Shown here: positions 36,121 through 49,753 of the stretch, piece after piece | How the letters are laid out: each line of letters starts with the position of its first letter | How positions within the stretch are numbered: position 1 is the first letter of the stretch | Assembly (NCBI RefSeq): GCF_025526975.1 | Contig: NW_026515702.1 | Span: forward strand, 124,001 to 188,000 | Direction of reading: 5' to 3' | Source: Fimicolochytrium jonesii | Taxonomy: Eukaryota | DNA: 64,000 bases | Notes under the pieces: generated by a model | Databases searched by the model: none | What the model saw: only the letters and a program-made list of their open reading frames with translations | What the model was told of the DNA's origin: nothing | Position numbers and translations under genes: made by a program

Positions 36121-39100
36121 CCTGCTCGTGGATACGGGGATAGCGGGCGTTCCTAGCCTTGACTGATGGACGCCACGCCACGTGCGTGGTCAGCGCGGAC
36201 TCCTTGCGCATATTCGCCGTGCTCGTCGGCTGCATCTGTCCCAGCACCACCACGCCTTCCGTCATGAACTTACTAAGGCGGCGAATGGTGAGCGGCAAAG
36301 CGAGATCTTGGCCACCGCGGCACGAATGAGGAATTGTACAAGAGCATGCGGAACCGTCGTAACCCTGAACATTGCCGCGAGACGGTCGCGTCCGGATAAC
36401 CGCAAACCTAGCAAGGCGCGGTGGGAACCACTCGGGGACGACTTCTGTGAGGAAACATATATGGCAGATTGGCCGCACCTTGCACTTCGTTTCTCCCGTA
36501 CCGCTCTGCATACGAAACAAAGGGCCCGATCCGCATTTGCGAGCCATCATCCGCGTATTCCCTCGCGCGGACCCGGTTTCCGATGCGTCGAAATCCAAAG
36601 GCGGCGATATCGGCCCTGCAGCGTCTACCGATGGAGAGCCGAGACACCAAGTGCGAAGGCATCAGCGGTAAACGAGGATGATGTTCTCGAGATTAGGCTC
36701 GCCGGACTGAATCACGACCATTACCAGTGGAGTTCCAGCGGCACATCACTGTATGTCTCTCTCCGTTCACGAACCGTCGACAAGGACCTTAGGTGATCAA
36801 TCGACTAGCGTGGGAGGGCTTAGACTCCGAAACGATCGAAACTCCCACGATGGCATGCGTCTGGAACGGAGGGACGTTGATGGTGTCCCTTGGGTGTTGA
36901 AAGAGAACATTCAGATCACCGGAAACTATACCCTTACTCGACTCCGCGACATCAAAGAACCGGGGCAGCGGAGTACCACCAGCGTTGCCGTAGCCTCCAT
37001 ATCCACCTATCGCGTTTCCCGGACGCGTCGGGTCCACCAGAGCGAAGGCCCCAGCTGCTGCTGTTGTTAGCCTAGCAAGTCCCCTGCGGCGGCGTGTGGT
37101 ATTGTTGACTAGCGTCGCTGGCGGTTCCTGGCGATGCATGACCCCATGCATGACCCCACAGGGTCGGCATCGATGCCGCTGCTGCGATTGGAAGAGTGGT
37201 TTCCTTAGGCATTGACGGCATTCATTCACGTATCGTCATGAGGCCGACGAGGCCTCCGATCTGACAGGAAGCGTCACAGTCAACAGCGTACGAATGAAGA
37301 TGGTAGTAATGCCCTCAGAACTATCATTACACGAATGAATCATCGGTGTCTTCGCATCATCGTTGGGGGGAAGGAGGGGGTTGTTGGACTGTTTTCGGCG
37401 TCGTCTCGTAGTCTCGTCGTCGTCGAGACAGAGCGTGGGTTGAGTGTGGGAAAAAACTGTAAGTACTGACGCCCTGTCGATTCTAGTTGATACGGCAGCT
37501 ATTCGTGTCATTTATCGGTGATGCGGACATCCTTACCAAGACGCTCGAATGTTTCGTAGTCTTTTGCTGGTATTCAAACGGGAATCTGGCAAAACCTGGC
37601 AAAACCTGGCATAGGAGCAACTTTCTGGGGGTTCGTCGCGCGATACGACAAAACGGTCCTATGGCAGATGGCCCAAAACAAACTCTGTACGGGCGAGGAT
37701 AGATTCGAACGGACATTCAATGCAGTCAGCCGCCTCTACGTGAGTGCGCACGAAGAAATCTCGAAATTGCTGAAGGAAGAATGGGAGAACATTGGATTGG
37801 AATCCTTGTTTTTCACCCAGGGCACTTTGTCCACTGTGGTGCCATTCGAGGTCGTGCGCTCGACTCTGTTCAAAACGTCTACGAGGATCGATGACGTCGA
37901 GCGAGTTTGGATGCAGATGGGGTCGATCAAGCTGAAAGACATTGCTAAGATCCGCGAATGTCTTGCGAAGAATCACCCGGAACCTACCCCGCCTGTTCGC
38001 ACGCCCGCATTGCTGCCCGCATTGCTGCGGTTTTGCTCATTTTGTATCATTGCGAAAATGACCTTCAAATTTGAGAACGAATCCCAGAGGCATAAATATC
38101 GGTGGAAAGTAGAATGGGGGGATGCATAGAAGTCTTCAATTCACACGAGGGAGACGTAGCTATGTTTCCCGGGGCATTAATGTGTTTTTGGATAGATAGA
38201 TTCGTTGAACGTTTCGGCTTTAAACAACGTGCAAGTGATCCGAATCCATTCGCAAAACTCCCCGATTCCGCCAAACCTGAGCTCTAAGCTGCAGAAAGAG
38301 GGGTTTGCAATTGCGGGCGGGTGGGGGGCCAACCTCGCATACCGATAATATTTAGCATCGCCGGTTATGCGGTGGCGCGAGCGATGACCGAGCCTTTTGT
38401 GTAAAAGAGTGGAAAACGCGTCAAGCACGCGTTGGCTGTTTGCACGCGTTTTTCGGACATTTCGGACGATAGCCAAAGACCATTCTTCGAGGATGGCGTA
38501 CATATACGGTGGGTTCCCCATGCCCGATTTTCTTCGGAGGGAGGATCAGTTGGTTCGTATGCCGGCGTGGGGTGTACGTGCGTCGACGGAACTGTGAGCT
38601 TGCATACACGTGCGCGTCGGCAAGCGCTGTGGATTTACTGGACTCCTGCTCGGTGAAACCTCCGCCCACCCACCGTGATTGGACAGACCGGCCCCGGGAG
38701 AATGGGCTAGTATGGTGGGGCAGGATGTCTGAGGAGGATGTATTAGGAGAGATGTTGAGAGGTGTATCAACACAGCGGTTCCGTTTGTTTTGAGGCATGG
38801 TAGTGGACACGCCTGCCGTACCTCAAATACCTTTCACCCACCTTCCCCACCATCCATGCCTTCTACCTTCCACCACCGGCTACCCAACGCCCCCCACCGC
38901 CGCCACCGACTACCATATCCTCCATCGCTATCTCCCTCCTGCCTCCGCGTATTCCCTCACCCTCACTGCCGTTCGTTTGCGTTGGGTTTCGCGAAAAAGT
39001 AAGGCAAAGTGGCGCCCGTCGTCGCTCAGTCTGAAGAAGTCCGCCTGCCGCAGCGGCATGAACTGCTCCAATAGTCGGAGCGCCACGGTCAGCTTGAGAT

Positions 39101-39772
39101 ACGGATGGCTGATACCGCCTCTATGTATGATGACTTGAATGGGTACCTGGCGAGTCACAAGGCGGATGACTTCCAAGTTTTCCCACCACAACACTGGCCA
39201 GTTGCTCAACTTATTGACTTGCTTTACGACCAAAGCCATGCCTTTAGGTGGAACGGTTTCTCGAGCGGCAATGGCCATATGGTGCACGAGCGTCAGAAAG
39301 CTTGGCTGGAGGTAGCCATCGATCTTGTTCAGATATAGCTGGTTGAGCAGATCGTGGTGAGCCGCTGCGTAGCACTGATAAGCTTGTGGTGAAATCTCCT
39401 CCCGAGGTGCAGGTGCCCTTGAACCACCGGATGTAGGGATGGCAACAAGGGAAACCTGTTCCATGTGAGGAACCTAACATCATCCGTCCAGTAGTCCATG
39501 GGCCCATGGCCAACGCATCGTGTAGCTCTGGTTGTGTCCTCTTTCCAGGTGGACCTTTTCAATCAACCCTCGGCTTCTTCCGCGCGGGGATGGGATCAGT
39601 CGAATCAACGCCGGTATCGACTTGTCGGTTCCCTTTCTTGGTCAAGTAGCAGTTCCGCTCCGGGGAATCGTTGACCTCAGCGTTGACCAGTTCAGTCAGT
39701 CGCTTCCGTTTCTCCAATTCGTCCTCCTGAGAATAGATTATATTCACAACCAGGAGTTGCATTATCATCCAA

Positions 39773-39844
39773 TTCCAGTTAGTATATTGGCTAGTATCTC
39801 CGCCTGTCACGCGGAAGAGCCGGGTTCGATTCCCGGACTGGAAG
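39773..39844 (+). tRNA. tRNA-Asp (GTC)
   Basis: Acceptor stem TTCCAGT/ACTGGAA; anticodon stem-loop TCCGC-CTGTCAC-GCGGA; GGTTCGATTCC; T-tract terminator. Confidence 0.96.
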
Positions 39845-42800
39845 CACTTCTTTTTACCTTTCTTTTTTTGGTTTTCCTCAAACCTTTTTGGTTTCAACCA
39901 GATTCGCCTTTTTCACCAAAAGCTCTCAGGAACATTATGCGGACGACCGCAATACTTGGATTCGCAATGTCCTGGTCTTTACCGAGCAAATAGGTAGCTC
40001 TCCCAAGGTTGACACAGAGGGAGATACCCGTTTGCGACTTTTCTCTCTTTTATTGTTTCGCTTATGAGCAGTGGTAGCATAAATGTTTCAGCAATGGTGG
40101 ATATGCATCGACGGCTCTTTACTTGACAGGGATGACTCTAGGTGGGAGGGGAACCTGTTTGAATGGTATCTGGTGGCGCTCCTCATGCTTGCATGCTATG
40201 TAGTGGCGCTCCCCATGAACATTCGAGCCTGTGCGAGCAGCTTGGACGGCGTTGAATGCCATTTGGCGGGATGGCATACCCAGCTGATCCCTGGTGTAAG
40301 TGCAACTGCCGCTCGACACTTCTCCAACCGTTTGAAGCATTCGCAAACCGTCCCCACCTCCAAAGTGAAAACAAAGTCACCCACAGTCGGCAATCGCGGT
40401 GATCCCAGCTTCACGAAACCCGCATAGTCAAGCTGCAATCACTGTGTCGATGTGTTTGGAAAGGGGATTGGGCGCGAGCGGGCACGCGCACCCGTCTGGG
40501 GTTCTCACACCTGGAAGCGCAGGAGGGGGCGCGCGTGGAGTTCCAAGTGGGGGTCCTGGCAGATACGCGAGTGAGGTGTTAGTGTCGGCTTCCCACATTT
40601 AGATGCATCCGTAATTTAGGCATCTGTGGCAATGTCGGATCTTCTCCCAGATTGTTCCTATATCCAATGTCGAACAGATCCGGGCTCTCAAGTTTTTATT
40701 CACATGCTCCGTTCTTTGTGCTCCTCGGGTCTCTTTGATGTCGGCCCGCAACTCCCGAATCTCTCATTCTGGATGCTCGTCTGCCACCCTCCGTTCCACG
40801 ATGTAGACGGAACCACCGGCAGAGCTCCCCTCTCCACAAAAACGCAACGGACTTTTCCTGCCCCTCCTTCGCATCTTCGGACTGTCCTTACATCCCCCCG
40901 TATCCTCTGTTTCTGAACCCTCGCACTTGCGCTTGGGAGAATCGCTTGGCTTGAATGGACGACAGCTCTCGGGCTGCACGTGACCGGGCCTCTCAGATTA
41001 AAAACCAGTGGCTACAAGTCGAAGCACGTGGCTTGCAAAACAGTTGTTTGCGTGTTCTCATCGTGACCGTGTTTTAATCTCTCCGCTTGTCAAAACGCGC
41101 GATGAGTGACTCGTCCGATTGAATGCATACAGGGCTTGTCCGAGTGTGGGGTAGGAGAAGGAAAAGATCAGGCAACAAACGCGTCATCCCTGTCTGCCTT
41201 TTGTTTTAGCGATCCTAATCTGTCAGAGTCGCATCTCCCTCGTAAAATCCTAATCTTCGCCCATCAACGCTTTGAGATGGATCGACATGCCTCGTAACCC
41301 CCAATACGCAGCCATGACAGCGATCGTCCTGACAAGCCCTCATCAGAGTCATCACACTGTACTGTACAGTGAACGCAGGGCTTCGTCCCATATCGATGAG
41401 AAATGAAGACGCAGACGATGACAGAAATGTGATGTGCGTGTGCGTTATATGGACAGCGAGAGACGGGCCCAGACCGATGTCGATTTCACGCGCGCAGAGC
41501 GATCGGAACTCTCCAGTCTCCCAGTCGTATCCATACGAGGAGGGATCGGCAGCGGACTTTCTGATGTCTTCAAGATCTGGTTGTGTCTCTTTCTTTCTCC
41601 GAGGTTTCTAAACATTTCCAGTTGAGAATGTGGTGGGTGATCTGGTTAGACTGACTGTCGCCTTGTGGTTGGGGACGAACGTCAAACCGGTCTCAACGTG
41701 ACCAGTGGCCCCCAGAGAGGATCCCGTCGGGGTCCCATAGATGGAAAACAGACGAGACGCTTGGGTTGAGTACATACAGTACATAGGAGAGCAAGTCCGA
41801 TCGTCTCGCCCTCGCTGACCTTCGAAGGACATTCGAGCTTTGAAGTTTTGACAATTGACGCTCGGCTGCCTCGGTCGCCACAGCAACCAGAACTTTCGCT
41901 CTATCATATCATAAAAAAAGGTAAGAGAGAGAGAATGACAGCTGGGGAAAAACGTTGCGAGCGCCCAAATCCTCCGCGCGCCGCACCGGTAGCGGAGTGT
42001 CAGTCGGGTTTCCCCACTCTGGCCAAAAGAAGGGACGGAAGGGACGAGGGAGCACAAACCATGTGCGTTCATCGGAGTTGCCGATGAGACATCCGATATT
42101 GCTTTCTCCATCGACGACGAAGGGGACTCTGCATGCATGGGAAGGGCAGGGCATTCTACTCCACAAACCGTCTGTTCTGTTCCCGGGGCTCCCCGACCGC
42201 CAACGAGAGCCTCCTATTTTTAGACAGAGCCCCACCACTCCCCGTCTCGATCAACGCTCCGTTCAATAATCCCCGTATTGTTGCTGACAGGCGCCGTCCG
42301 TCGTTGTTCTGTTTTAAGCGCAGCCTAGTTACATCCACTGCTCGCACGCCGCGGAGGACGAAGGTCTCGTGCGCTGAACAGCCAGGGAAGGGAACAGGGA
42401 GACGACCGAGCGCTTCCAGAATAAGCAACTCCCAACCCCCAACCCACCACCACCATCGCTCAGAATCATTGCCCCCGTCCATCCCCGCCTTCCAACCTGT
42501 CCCAACAATACGAACACGCCCACCGTCCGGTTTCCCGGCCCAACGACACCCGCAGCGCCCATCACTTCGCAGTTACTTTTTTTACTCGCACCCTCGCAAC
42601 GGGCAACATACCTGCATACCACACACACACCGACCACTGACAACAAAAACGTGCACCCACCCACCCTTGTTCCGCACTCCCGATACAGTATTACTCACAA
42701 GAGTCACAGCTCAGGAATCTCGTAAAAACTGTTTCACTCGACAGTTTTCCGACGACGTCACTGTCCACTTTATTGGGAATAACAAAGGAGCGGTGTTTGT

Positions 42801-43020
42801 GGGGTATATATCCTACCCACCACACTGTTTGCCGACCGACGGGCGGTGGAAAGAAAGACGTTCTTGCAATTCTGTTGACACTTCGAACGAAATTCGGCAT
42901 CTGTTGACATTCCGGCTGCACTTCCCATACACTGAGAACGTTGACAGACGGCGATATCCGTATTCAACGACCTCCATCAAAGTTTCTATCGATTTTTCCA
43001 CACCTCACTTACACTGAAAT

Positions 43021-44601
43021 ATGACCGTTGTTTCCATACACTCACCAAGTCTCCACCACTCGAGCTCCCGGTCGGCACTGGGGGAACGCAAGCAGATGCG
43101 CTACGGCCGCGGGTTGTCAGATCAGGGCCCAAGAGCCGCCGGCGGTGGTGCGCAACACAATCCACCTGCTGATGGGTACTTTGCGGCGGGGTATAGATCG
43201 GTGCATCGGTTTGGAGGGAACGAGCCGCCACATTGCTCGAGGATCGATTCGGGGTATTGCAGCGACGGTGGGAAGCGATGTGGTAGCCCCACGACGACAA
43301 CGCCAACGAAGGCAACACCGTGTAGATGTGGGAATGCGGTGAATGTAGGGCCGAAGGGCAGCGGCGTAGACCCATACCGGATCAAAGTTGTCTCGTCACC
43401 CCTGGCGATTGAGACAGACCCTTCAACGCTCAACAAGATGCACTCTCAATCCGCGCCCGACTTCTCCTCCCCTCTCTCCTCAACCACACGTCTGCAAACC
43501 GTCAGCGAACGCGAGCTCTCCCAACACAAACTGCACCCACGCTTCCTCCTCAAATACCGCGTGACCGCCGAACTCGGCCAAGGCGCAACCGGCTTCGTCG
43601 TCGCCGCCCGCCGCATCGAGGACGGCCGCCAGGTCGCAGTCAAATTCATGTACAAGATCCGCATCCCCGTCACCCACTGGTTGCGCGATCGCCAGCTCGG
43701 CGGGACCGTGCCGCTGGAGATATACATCCTCCGCCGGATAAAGCACGAGCATATCGTCGAGTTCCTGGACTGCTTTGAGGACGAGCGGTTCTTCTACGTG
43801 GTTATGGACGGATCTTCCTTCACTGACCCGACCATCACCAGCCCGGCTGCGACCATCGCCACGAGCCCCGGCGGGCTCTTGCTCAACACCTCCACCGCGA
43901 ACACCACGTTACGCCAACACACCACATCCCCCATCTACCGCCTCGTCAACCTCAACCAACCCTCCCCCCCACACAAAACCAGGACCCCGCGCCGCCACTC
44001 CCGCGACCTCTTTGAAACAATCCATCAAAACCCCACCCTCCCGGAACCCTCCATCCACCACATATTCACCCAGATATGCCACGCTGTCCAGTACCTCCAC
44101 GCCCACAACATCGTCCACCGCGACATCAAAGACGAGAACATCGTCGTCACCGACCCGGTCTCACTATCCGTCAAACTGATCGATTTCGGCAACGCGGCGT
44201 ATGTCCCCGAACGCGAACAGGAGTGGTTTGAATCGTTTCACGGCACGCTGTACTGCGCTGCCCCCGAGATTGTGCGGGGGGAGCGGTATAGGGGCCCCGA
44301 GCAGGACGTGTGGAGTCTGGGCGTGCTGCTGTTCACGTTGGGGTTTGGTGGGCGGCCGTTCGGGGATGCGAGGGAGGTGGAGGCGGGGAGGTGGAGGGGA
44401 AGAGCGAACGGAGAGGGGAGAAGTGAAGCGCTTATGGAAGTCCTTGACATGTGTCTCACCGTCGACGTTGCGAAACGCGCGACGATCGAGGAGGTGCTGA
44501 AGAGTCGGTGGGTTAGTGAGGGCCCAAGTGGGTGTGATAGGGTAGAGGTGCAGTCGCACCGGGAGGTTGAGGTTGCGGAGGGTGTGCAGCTGGTTGAGTA
44601 G
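43021..44601 (+). CDS. Ser/Thr protein kinase, PAS-kinase (PASK/Psk)-like catalytic domain; start codon uncertain
   Basis: Kinase motifs LGQGATG, VAVKF, HRDIKDEN, DFG, APE, DVWSLG. PASK-type W.RDRQLGGTVPLEI and YRGPEQDVW. Confidence 0.9.
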   Translation: MTVVSIHSPSLHHSSSRSALGERKQMRYGRGLSDQGPRAAGGGAQHNPPADGYFAAGYRSVHRFGGNEPPHCSRIDSGYCSDGGKRCGSPTTTTPTKATPCRCGNAVNVGPKGSGVDPYRIKVVSSPLAIETDPSTLNKMHSQSAPDFSSPLSSTTRLQTVSERELSQHKLHPRFLLKYRVTAELGQGATGFVVAARRIEDGRQVAVKFMYKIRIPVTHWLRDRQLGGTVPLEIYILRRIKHEHIVEFLDCFEDERFFYVVMDGSSFTDPTITSPAATIATSPGGLLLNTSTANTTLRQHTTSPIYRLVNLNQPSPPHKTRTPRRHSRDLFETIHQNPTLPEPSIHHIFTQICHAVQYLHAHNIVHRDIKDENIVVTDPVSLSVKLIDFGNAAYVPEREQEWFESFHGTLYCAAPEIVRGERYRGPEQDVWSLGVLLFTLGFGGRPFGDAREVEAGRWRGRANGEGRSEALMEVLDMCLTVDVAKRATIEEVLKSRWVSEGPSGCDRVEVQSHREVEVAEGVQLVE

Positions 44602-45093
44602 GCGGATGGCGTGGTCGGACATTTTTTATAAGGCGTTTGCTCGCTTCTTTATTTTTTTGATGTTTTTTTTTTTTTGCATATATACAGTATACCCCCCTTT
44701 TCTACAACACATTGGAGCCTGCGCTGACGTTTCCCTTATCCGGTTTCTTTTCCCTGGTGCATTTGAATCCTCCCTGGATTTCCGCTAAACAATATATTCC
44801 CCGATACTGACCAGTCCGTTTCTGCTAAACTCCCGTTGATTTACCCGGAAGGAGGCGAGAGGTGGCCGATCCGTTCTTCTCCACACGCGATGATGATTCC
44901 CATGGGTACGGGCGAATATCGGATGTGACAGGGATAGGATGGAAACCATATGCAGAACACTGCGGGGGTGCGTCTAGTCTGTGCCTTCGCAAGGGGGGAT
45001 GTCTTGGAAGTCCCAAAAAAAGACGCGTCGCCCCTCCTTCACGTCACAGCAATCGCACCCCCCAACTCTCATCACCCACACGCACGTACACGA

Positions 45094-45863
45094 ATGGCAG
45101 ACGCAGGCAGCACAGCCAACCTCCTCGCCGCGGGCGGGGACAAGAACGCTGCGGGCGCGGCTGCGGGCGGCGGGGAGGATAAGGATCCGAAGAAGAATTT
45201 CAATTACCCGCTTGTTAAGGTATGCATTTTGCCAGGCCGCAGGCAAGCGCGTGCGAACACACCCAGTCTCCCCGCAGCGGGGGAGAGACTCGTAGCATGC
45301 GGGAAACGGAGCTGATGGGGGCATGACGGGAAACCAGGGGGGCTTAAGAATGTGATTTTTTTGGGGGGGGATAGGTGTGCGATATGGCCGACGAACTCCG
45401 CACCGAAGCCGTGGATATGGTCGTCACGGCCGTCGAGAAGCATCCGGGGAATTTCGAGGTAAAGGAAACGAAAATCACCCTCTTTCGAATCCCATCTCCC
45501 CCGTTTTATGGGTATTCTCGTTTTTCGTTGATTCGTCCGACTGAACGTCGCACTGATAGGCAGCCGCACAAAACATCAAAGAACTGATGGACAAACGCTG
45601 CGGCAACTCCTGGCACGCCGTCGTGGGCGAGGGGTACGGGTTCGAGGTCACGCATGAGATGCGGAATTTGTTGTATGTTTATTTTGGGGGGAATCTGGTG
45701 AGTGCGACGTACTACGAACTGGTGCTTGCGTTCGGGGCGTTGGGGTGTTTGTGTAAGAGATGGTGCATATATCCTCGCGAGCGTGTGATGCCTACGATAT
45801 ACAACCAGCTAACATCCCTGTCTTTCTTCTCTGTAGGGCGTGCTGGTATGGAAGGCATCATGA
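45094..45863 (+). CDS. DNAL4: Axonemal dynein light chain 4 (exons 45094-45219, 45375-45458, 45560-45697, 45837-45863)
   Basis: Spliced product NYPLVKVCDMADELRTEAVDMVVTAVEKHPGNFEAAAQNIKELMDKRCGNSWHAVVGEGYGFEVTHE...YFGGNLGVLVWKAS. Confidence 0.93.
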
Positions 45864-46196
45864 TCCAAATTTTGGACGATAAACGATATGATACGAGAAC
45901 GAATACGATGCGATACCATATGACATTCTCTCGAGATGACCGATGTGTGGTTCAGTGCCACAATTGTAATCTAAAGGTTTTGGAAGGGAGGGTTTTTTTG
46001 GGTGGGTAATAGATCAGTGTGAAACGTGTATACGTGGATCCCAACAAATGAAGATTCGCCACTTTTGGTATATGTACAGTACCCGCCGACGCACGGGTGG
46101 CGGAGATGGGTGAAAAGGCAAGATACAGTTGGAAACTGGTCAAAGGTGGTGGTGGGGAGGAGTATGTGAGGAGAGGACATGTGACGTGCGATGCCT

Positions 46197-47555
46197 CTAT
46201 TCGACGGGCGGCTGCCAATCCTCGTACAACAGATCCGCGGCGCGGAGTTGTCGGACGACGGCTTCATATTGGAGGTCGTAGGCGTCTGTTCATAACAAAT
46301 GAAACGAAATGAATACCTGTGGTTGATGGATTGTGACAAAAGTTGGAGGTATAATACTGGGGAACTTACCTAGGACACCCAACCCCATCAGCTTGTCGAC
46401 ATACGACGTGAGTTGGGCGACTGATTTGGCGTTTTCGGCTGCCTTGGGGTCCTGTAAAACCAACCCACAAAATCGTCAGCACCCATTCGGTACCACATAC
46501 CCCCACCCCGATCCCATCAACTCACCACTCCATCCCCGTTCCCCGTCCCCTCCCCACCCTTCTTGGCATTCTTCTTCCACCTCGCCTTCGCCGTCTTCGG
46601 CCCCGCGAGCCGTCTCAACGCCTTGGGTATATTCTCCCCCGGCTTCATCAAATGTATCGCTTTTAGCCATAGATGGTTCGGGTCGGTTATCGTGTCCAGT
46701 TCTGCGTCGTCGGAGGTGGTTGTGGATTGGGCGAGTTGTTTTTCTTGTGCTGCTTTTGCCTATCCGTTCGAAATATTGTAAGAAAAGGGGGGGGGGGGGG
46801 GGGGGGGCAATGCCAAAGCGATGTAAGAGATACACTCACCTTCTCGATCTGATCCTTCGTCACCCCCTGCAACCAATTATCATGCATCTGCAGCTCATCC
46901 TTCTTGCGGATATAATGCCCGCTCTCGTCGAAATCCCCTTCTTCGAGTTCTTCATCCATGTTGAAGGGTGTTATCTTCACTTTTGCTCCCACCTCCGCCC
47001 CATCGGCCCCATCACCCTCATCCTCATCCATATCTCCGTTAGTGTCGTCACCCCACTCTTGCCCTTCGATATGGTCGCGTTTGAGGAAGGTCGGCTCGTT
47101 CTTCTTTTTCTTTTTCTGCTGCGGCGTTTCGAACGTGCTGCCGAACATGTCGTCGTCTTCGCCGCCGGCGGCTGGGGCACCGCTGTCCGAGTCCGAGTCG
47201 GATTCGCTGTCGTAGCCGTCGAGGTTGACGGCTCCGCGACGGCCTTTTTCTATGAACAGGAGAAAAACACAGACGTGTTCAGTATCTGTTCGCCCAATTC
47301 CTCCCGTAATGCAACCCGTATCAACGCCAACATACTCGTCTCCAAATCCTCCTCCTGATCATCCTCCTCGTCGTCCCCCCCGAACCCAGCTGGGGGATAC
47401 GCAGGAGCATCCTGGAACTCTGCCCCGCCGATCCGCACCCGTTTCTTGGTTGCCGGTTTGAGGCTCGATGAGGAGGACGAGCTGGCGAGCCCGATGATGG
47501 CGTCGTCGTCGTCCGTTGTGGGTTTGCGTTTGCGGGAGTGTGTTGCGGACATCAT
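46197..47555 (-). CDS. LIN1: LIN1/CD2BP2 (U5-52K)-like spliceosomal protein, multi-exon, apparently ending before a GYF domain
   Basis: Family blocks FLKRDHIEGQE, KITPFNMDEELEEGDFDESGHYI, HDNWL, MKPGENIPKALRRL. The last exon reads DAYDLQYEAVVRQLRAADLLYEDWQPPVE*. Confidence 0.82.
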
Positions 47556-47737
47556 TTGCGCTTGTGTGTAGGATTGGGAATGGGAAAGTGTGAAATCGCT
47601 GTCCCAAACGCGTTGAACCTTTGAACACCTCCACGATCATGGCCGCGCAGACATCACCTATAAGGACATCACCCATAAGGACGTAGGACTCACTCTCACA
47701 TATACTTTACTCTGCGACGCTACTGTGTCTGGAACCA

Positions 47738-49753
47738 ATGGACACCTCAGCGCATATCCGGGCCCTCAAACGCGCCCTCCGCGGAGACGTCCGCGCTCGT
47801 CTTAACGCACTGGCTCCCGATGTCGTTAAGGACGAATGTGAGTTGGGGAGAATATGTGCCGGGGCTGGGCGTGATATTTTGAACGACGAGGGGGATGGGA
47901 AAAGGGGAATAATGGACAGAGAGTACTGTGGATTGGATGGTATGGAGGTCTTTGCGTCGGAGGGGTGAACAGAAAGGGTGGGTCCACAGAACGACCTCTG
48001 GGGCAGGTGGTGGAGATACGAGGCTGGGATGGCTTCCACAAGAGGATGTTTGCACATGGTCGACGAAGAGAAGGTCCCGGGACTCCAACGTCTCGCAGAA
48101 TTCCATGACCGAACAACACCACGAGAAGGGGCGTTTACGTGCGCGCACTGAAACCCCCCGTCGCTTTCTTCCATGCACTTAGCACGCAAAGTCCTCACCC
48201 ACCTCTTCAACCTGCGCGAGTACCGCCAGTCCGAAAGCGTCAGTGTCTACCTCACCATGACCGGCGGCGTGTCGGCTGAGATTGAGACGGAGGAGATTGT
48301 GACGGATTTGTTTAAGAGGGGTAGGTGTTTGAAAGGGGGAGGGGGTTTGCGAGCGGTTGGGGATGATGTGGGAAGATGGAGATGTCAATTGAAGGAGTGA
48401 ATGAGCATAGACCGAAACGCCTTTGGTCGGTGGAGCTGGATCCGGAATCAACGCCGAGGAGTACCCCCTCAAAGCGCGGCATCCACCGTCTGATGCATGT
48501 GGATTGCGAGGTCATTGCGAGACCCTCATTGCGCTCCTGTCCTCCTCATAACTTCCTTCTCCTTCCATTCCCTAAAGGCAAGCAATGTTACATTCCACGC
48601 TGCGACGGAAACAACATGGTGCGTTGCATGCATTCCTGAAGGCGCCCCTCGCGGTCCTGTCTCCCGTTCTTCACGTCCCCATCACCTTCTTCTACGACGG
48701 CTGCATCCCTTTCCACCGCAGTAACCCATTGGTTTCCCGACGATAACACAGGACATGGTCCGCCTAACATCCCTAGAAGACTTCCGATCGCTACCGAAGA
48801 ATAAATGGGGCATCGCTGAACCGCCGTTGGAGGAAGCTAGGGAGAATGGTAAGGAGTCGCGTCGCATTGAGGTGGAATGCAGAGTTTATTTGTCTCGATG
48901 TCTCAACGTCGCGCTTCGAATATGGTGACCCGTCCTGACGTTTCTGCCTCCGACGTTCGCAGCGCTCGAGAAAGACGGGCTCGATCTTATCATCGTGCCA
49001 GGTATGTGTCAACTAGCACTACTGATCGGGGTTGTCCCTACCCGCACCCCCTCCCCAGCCCTGCGCCGCGCCCAGCATGATGCACGCACATTGGCACGGC
49101 CTAGAACCTTCGAAAACGTCTCAATACATCCTATGGAAATCTATCGTTAATAATACGTTTTCCCCCTTAGGCTTGGCATTCGACCGGGAGGGATGGAGGT
49201 TGGGGCATGGAAAGGGGTGAGTTGGCGTTGCTGGCGATGCGGGATGGTTGTGCGTGCGGGGAGCGAGCAAATGGTGGTGGTCGCGGGCGGGCAAAGGCAA
49301 GGGCGGGGGTGGGAGGTGATCACCGCAGCGCTCGGCCGGAGGGGGAGATATGGAATACACTCGTTCCAACCGAGTTACTCCGAGACCGGAAAGATGATGT
49401 ATCGCATACGTCTTGGAAGCCTGAGCGGAGGGCAACCAAAAAATGAAACGTTTTCGATAAAACTCACATTTTTGTTTGCCCTCCGTCGCGCTTTCTAGGT
49501 ACTACGATCGCTACTTTGCGAAGGTGGCGGAATGGTCCGCATTGGCGGGCAGGCCGATTCCGAAGACAGGTGAGATGATGTGGGATGTATGAGCATCAGC
49601 TGTTCGTCAACTCTCATCAAACACACGCATCACCCAGTGGCGCTGGCGCTAGCCGAACAGATCGTCGACACACCTCTCCCGCGCGAAGATTTCGACCAGA
49701 AGCCCGAGGTTGTCATCACACCCGCTGGTCCACTCAGCTCTGCTTCTACATGA
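47738..49753 (+). CDS. FAU1: 5-formyltetrahydrofolate cyclo-ligase, multi-exon
   Basis: Spliced motifs KRALR, SVYL....EIET, [40 protein letters not shown], EQIV...P...D. Confidence 0.93.

Noticed and set aside
42133..43017. 294-aa ORF upstream of the kinase
   Set aside because: Low-complexity, UTR/promoter-like sequence, separated from the kinase frame by a stop; no PAS domain seen.
46786..46808. Long G homopolymer as a functional element or frameshift
   Set aside because: It lies within a LIN1 intron (poly-C on the coding strand) and does not affect the frame.
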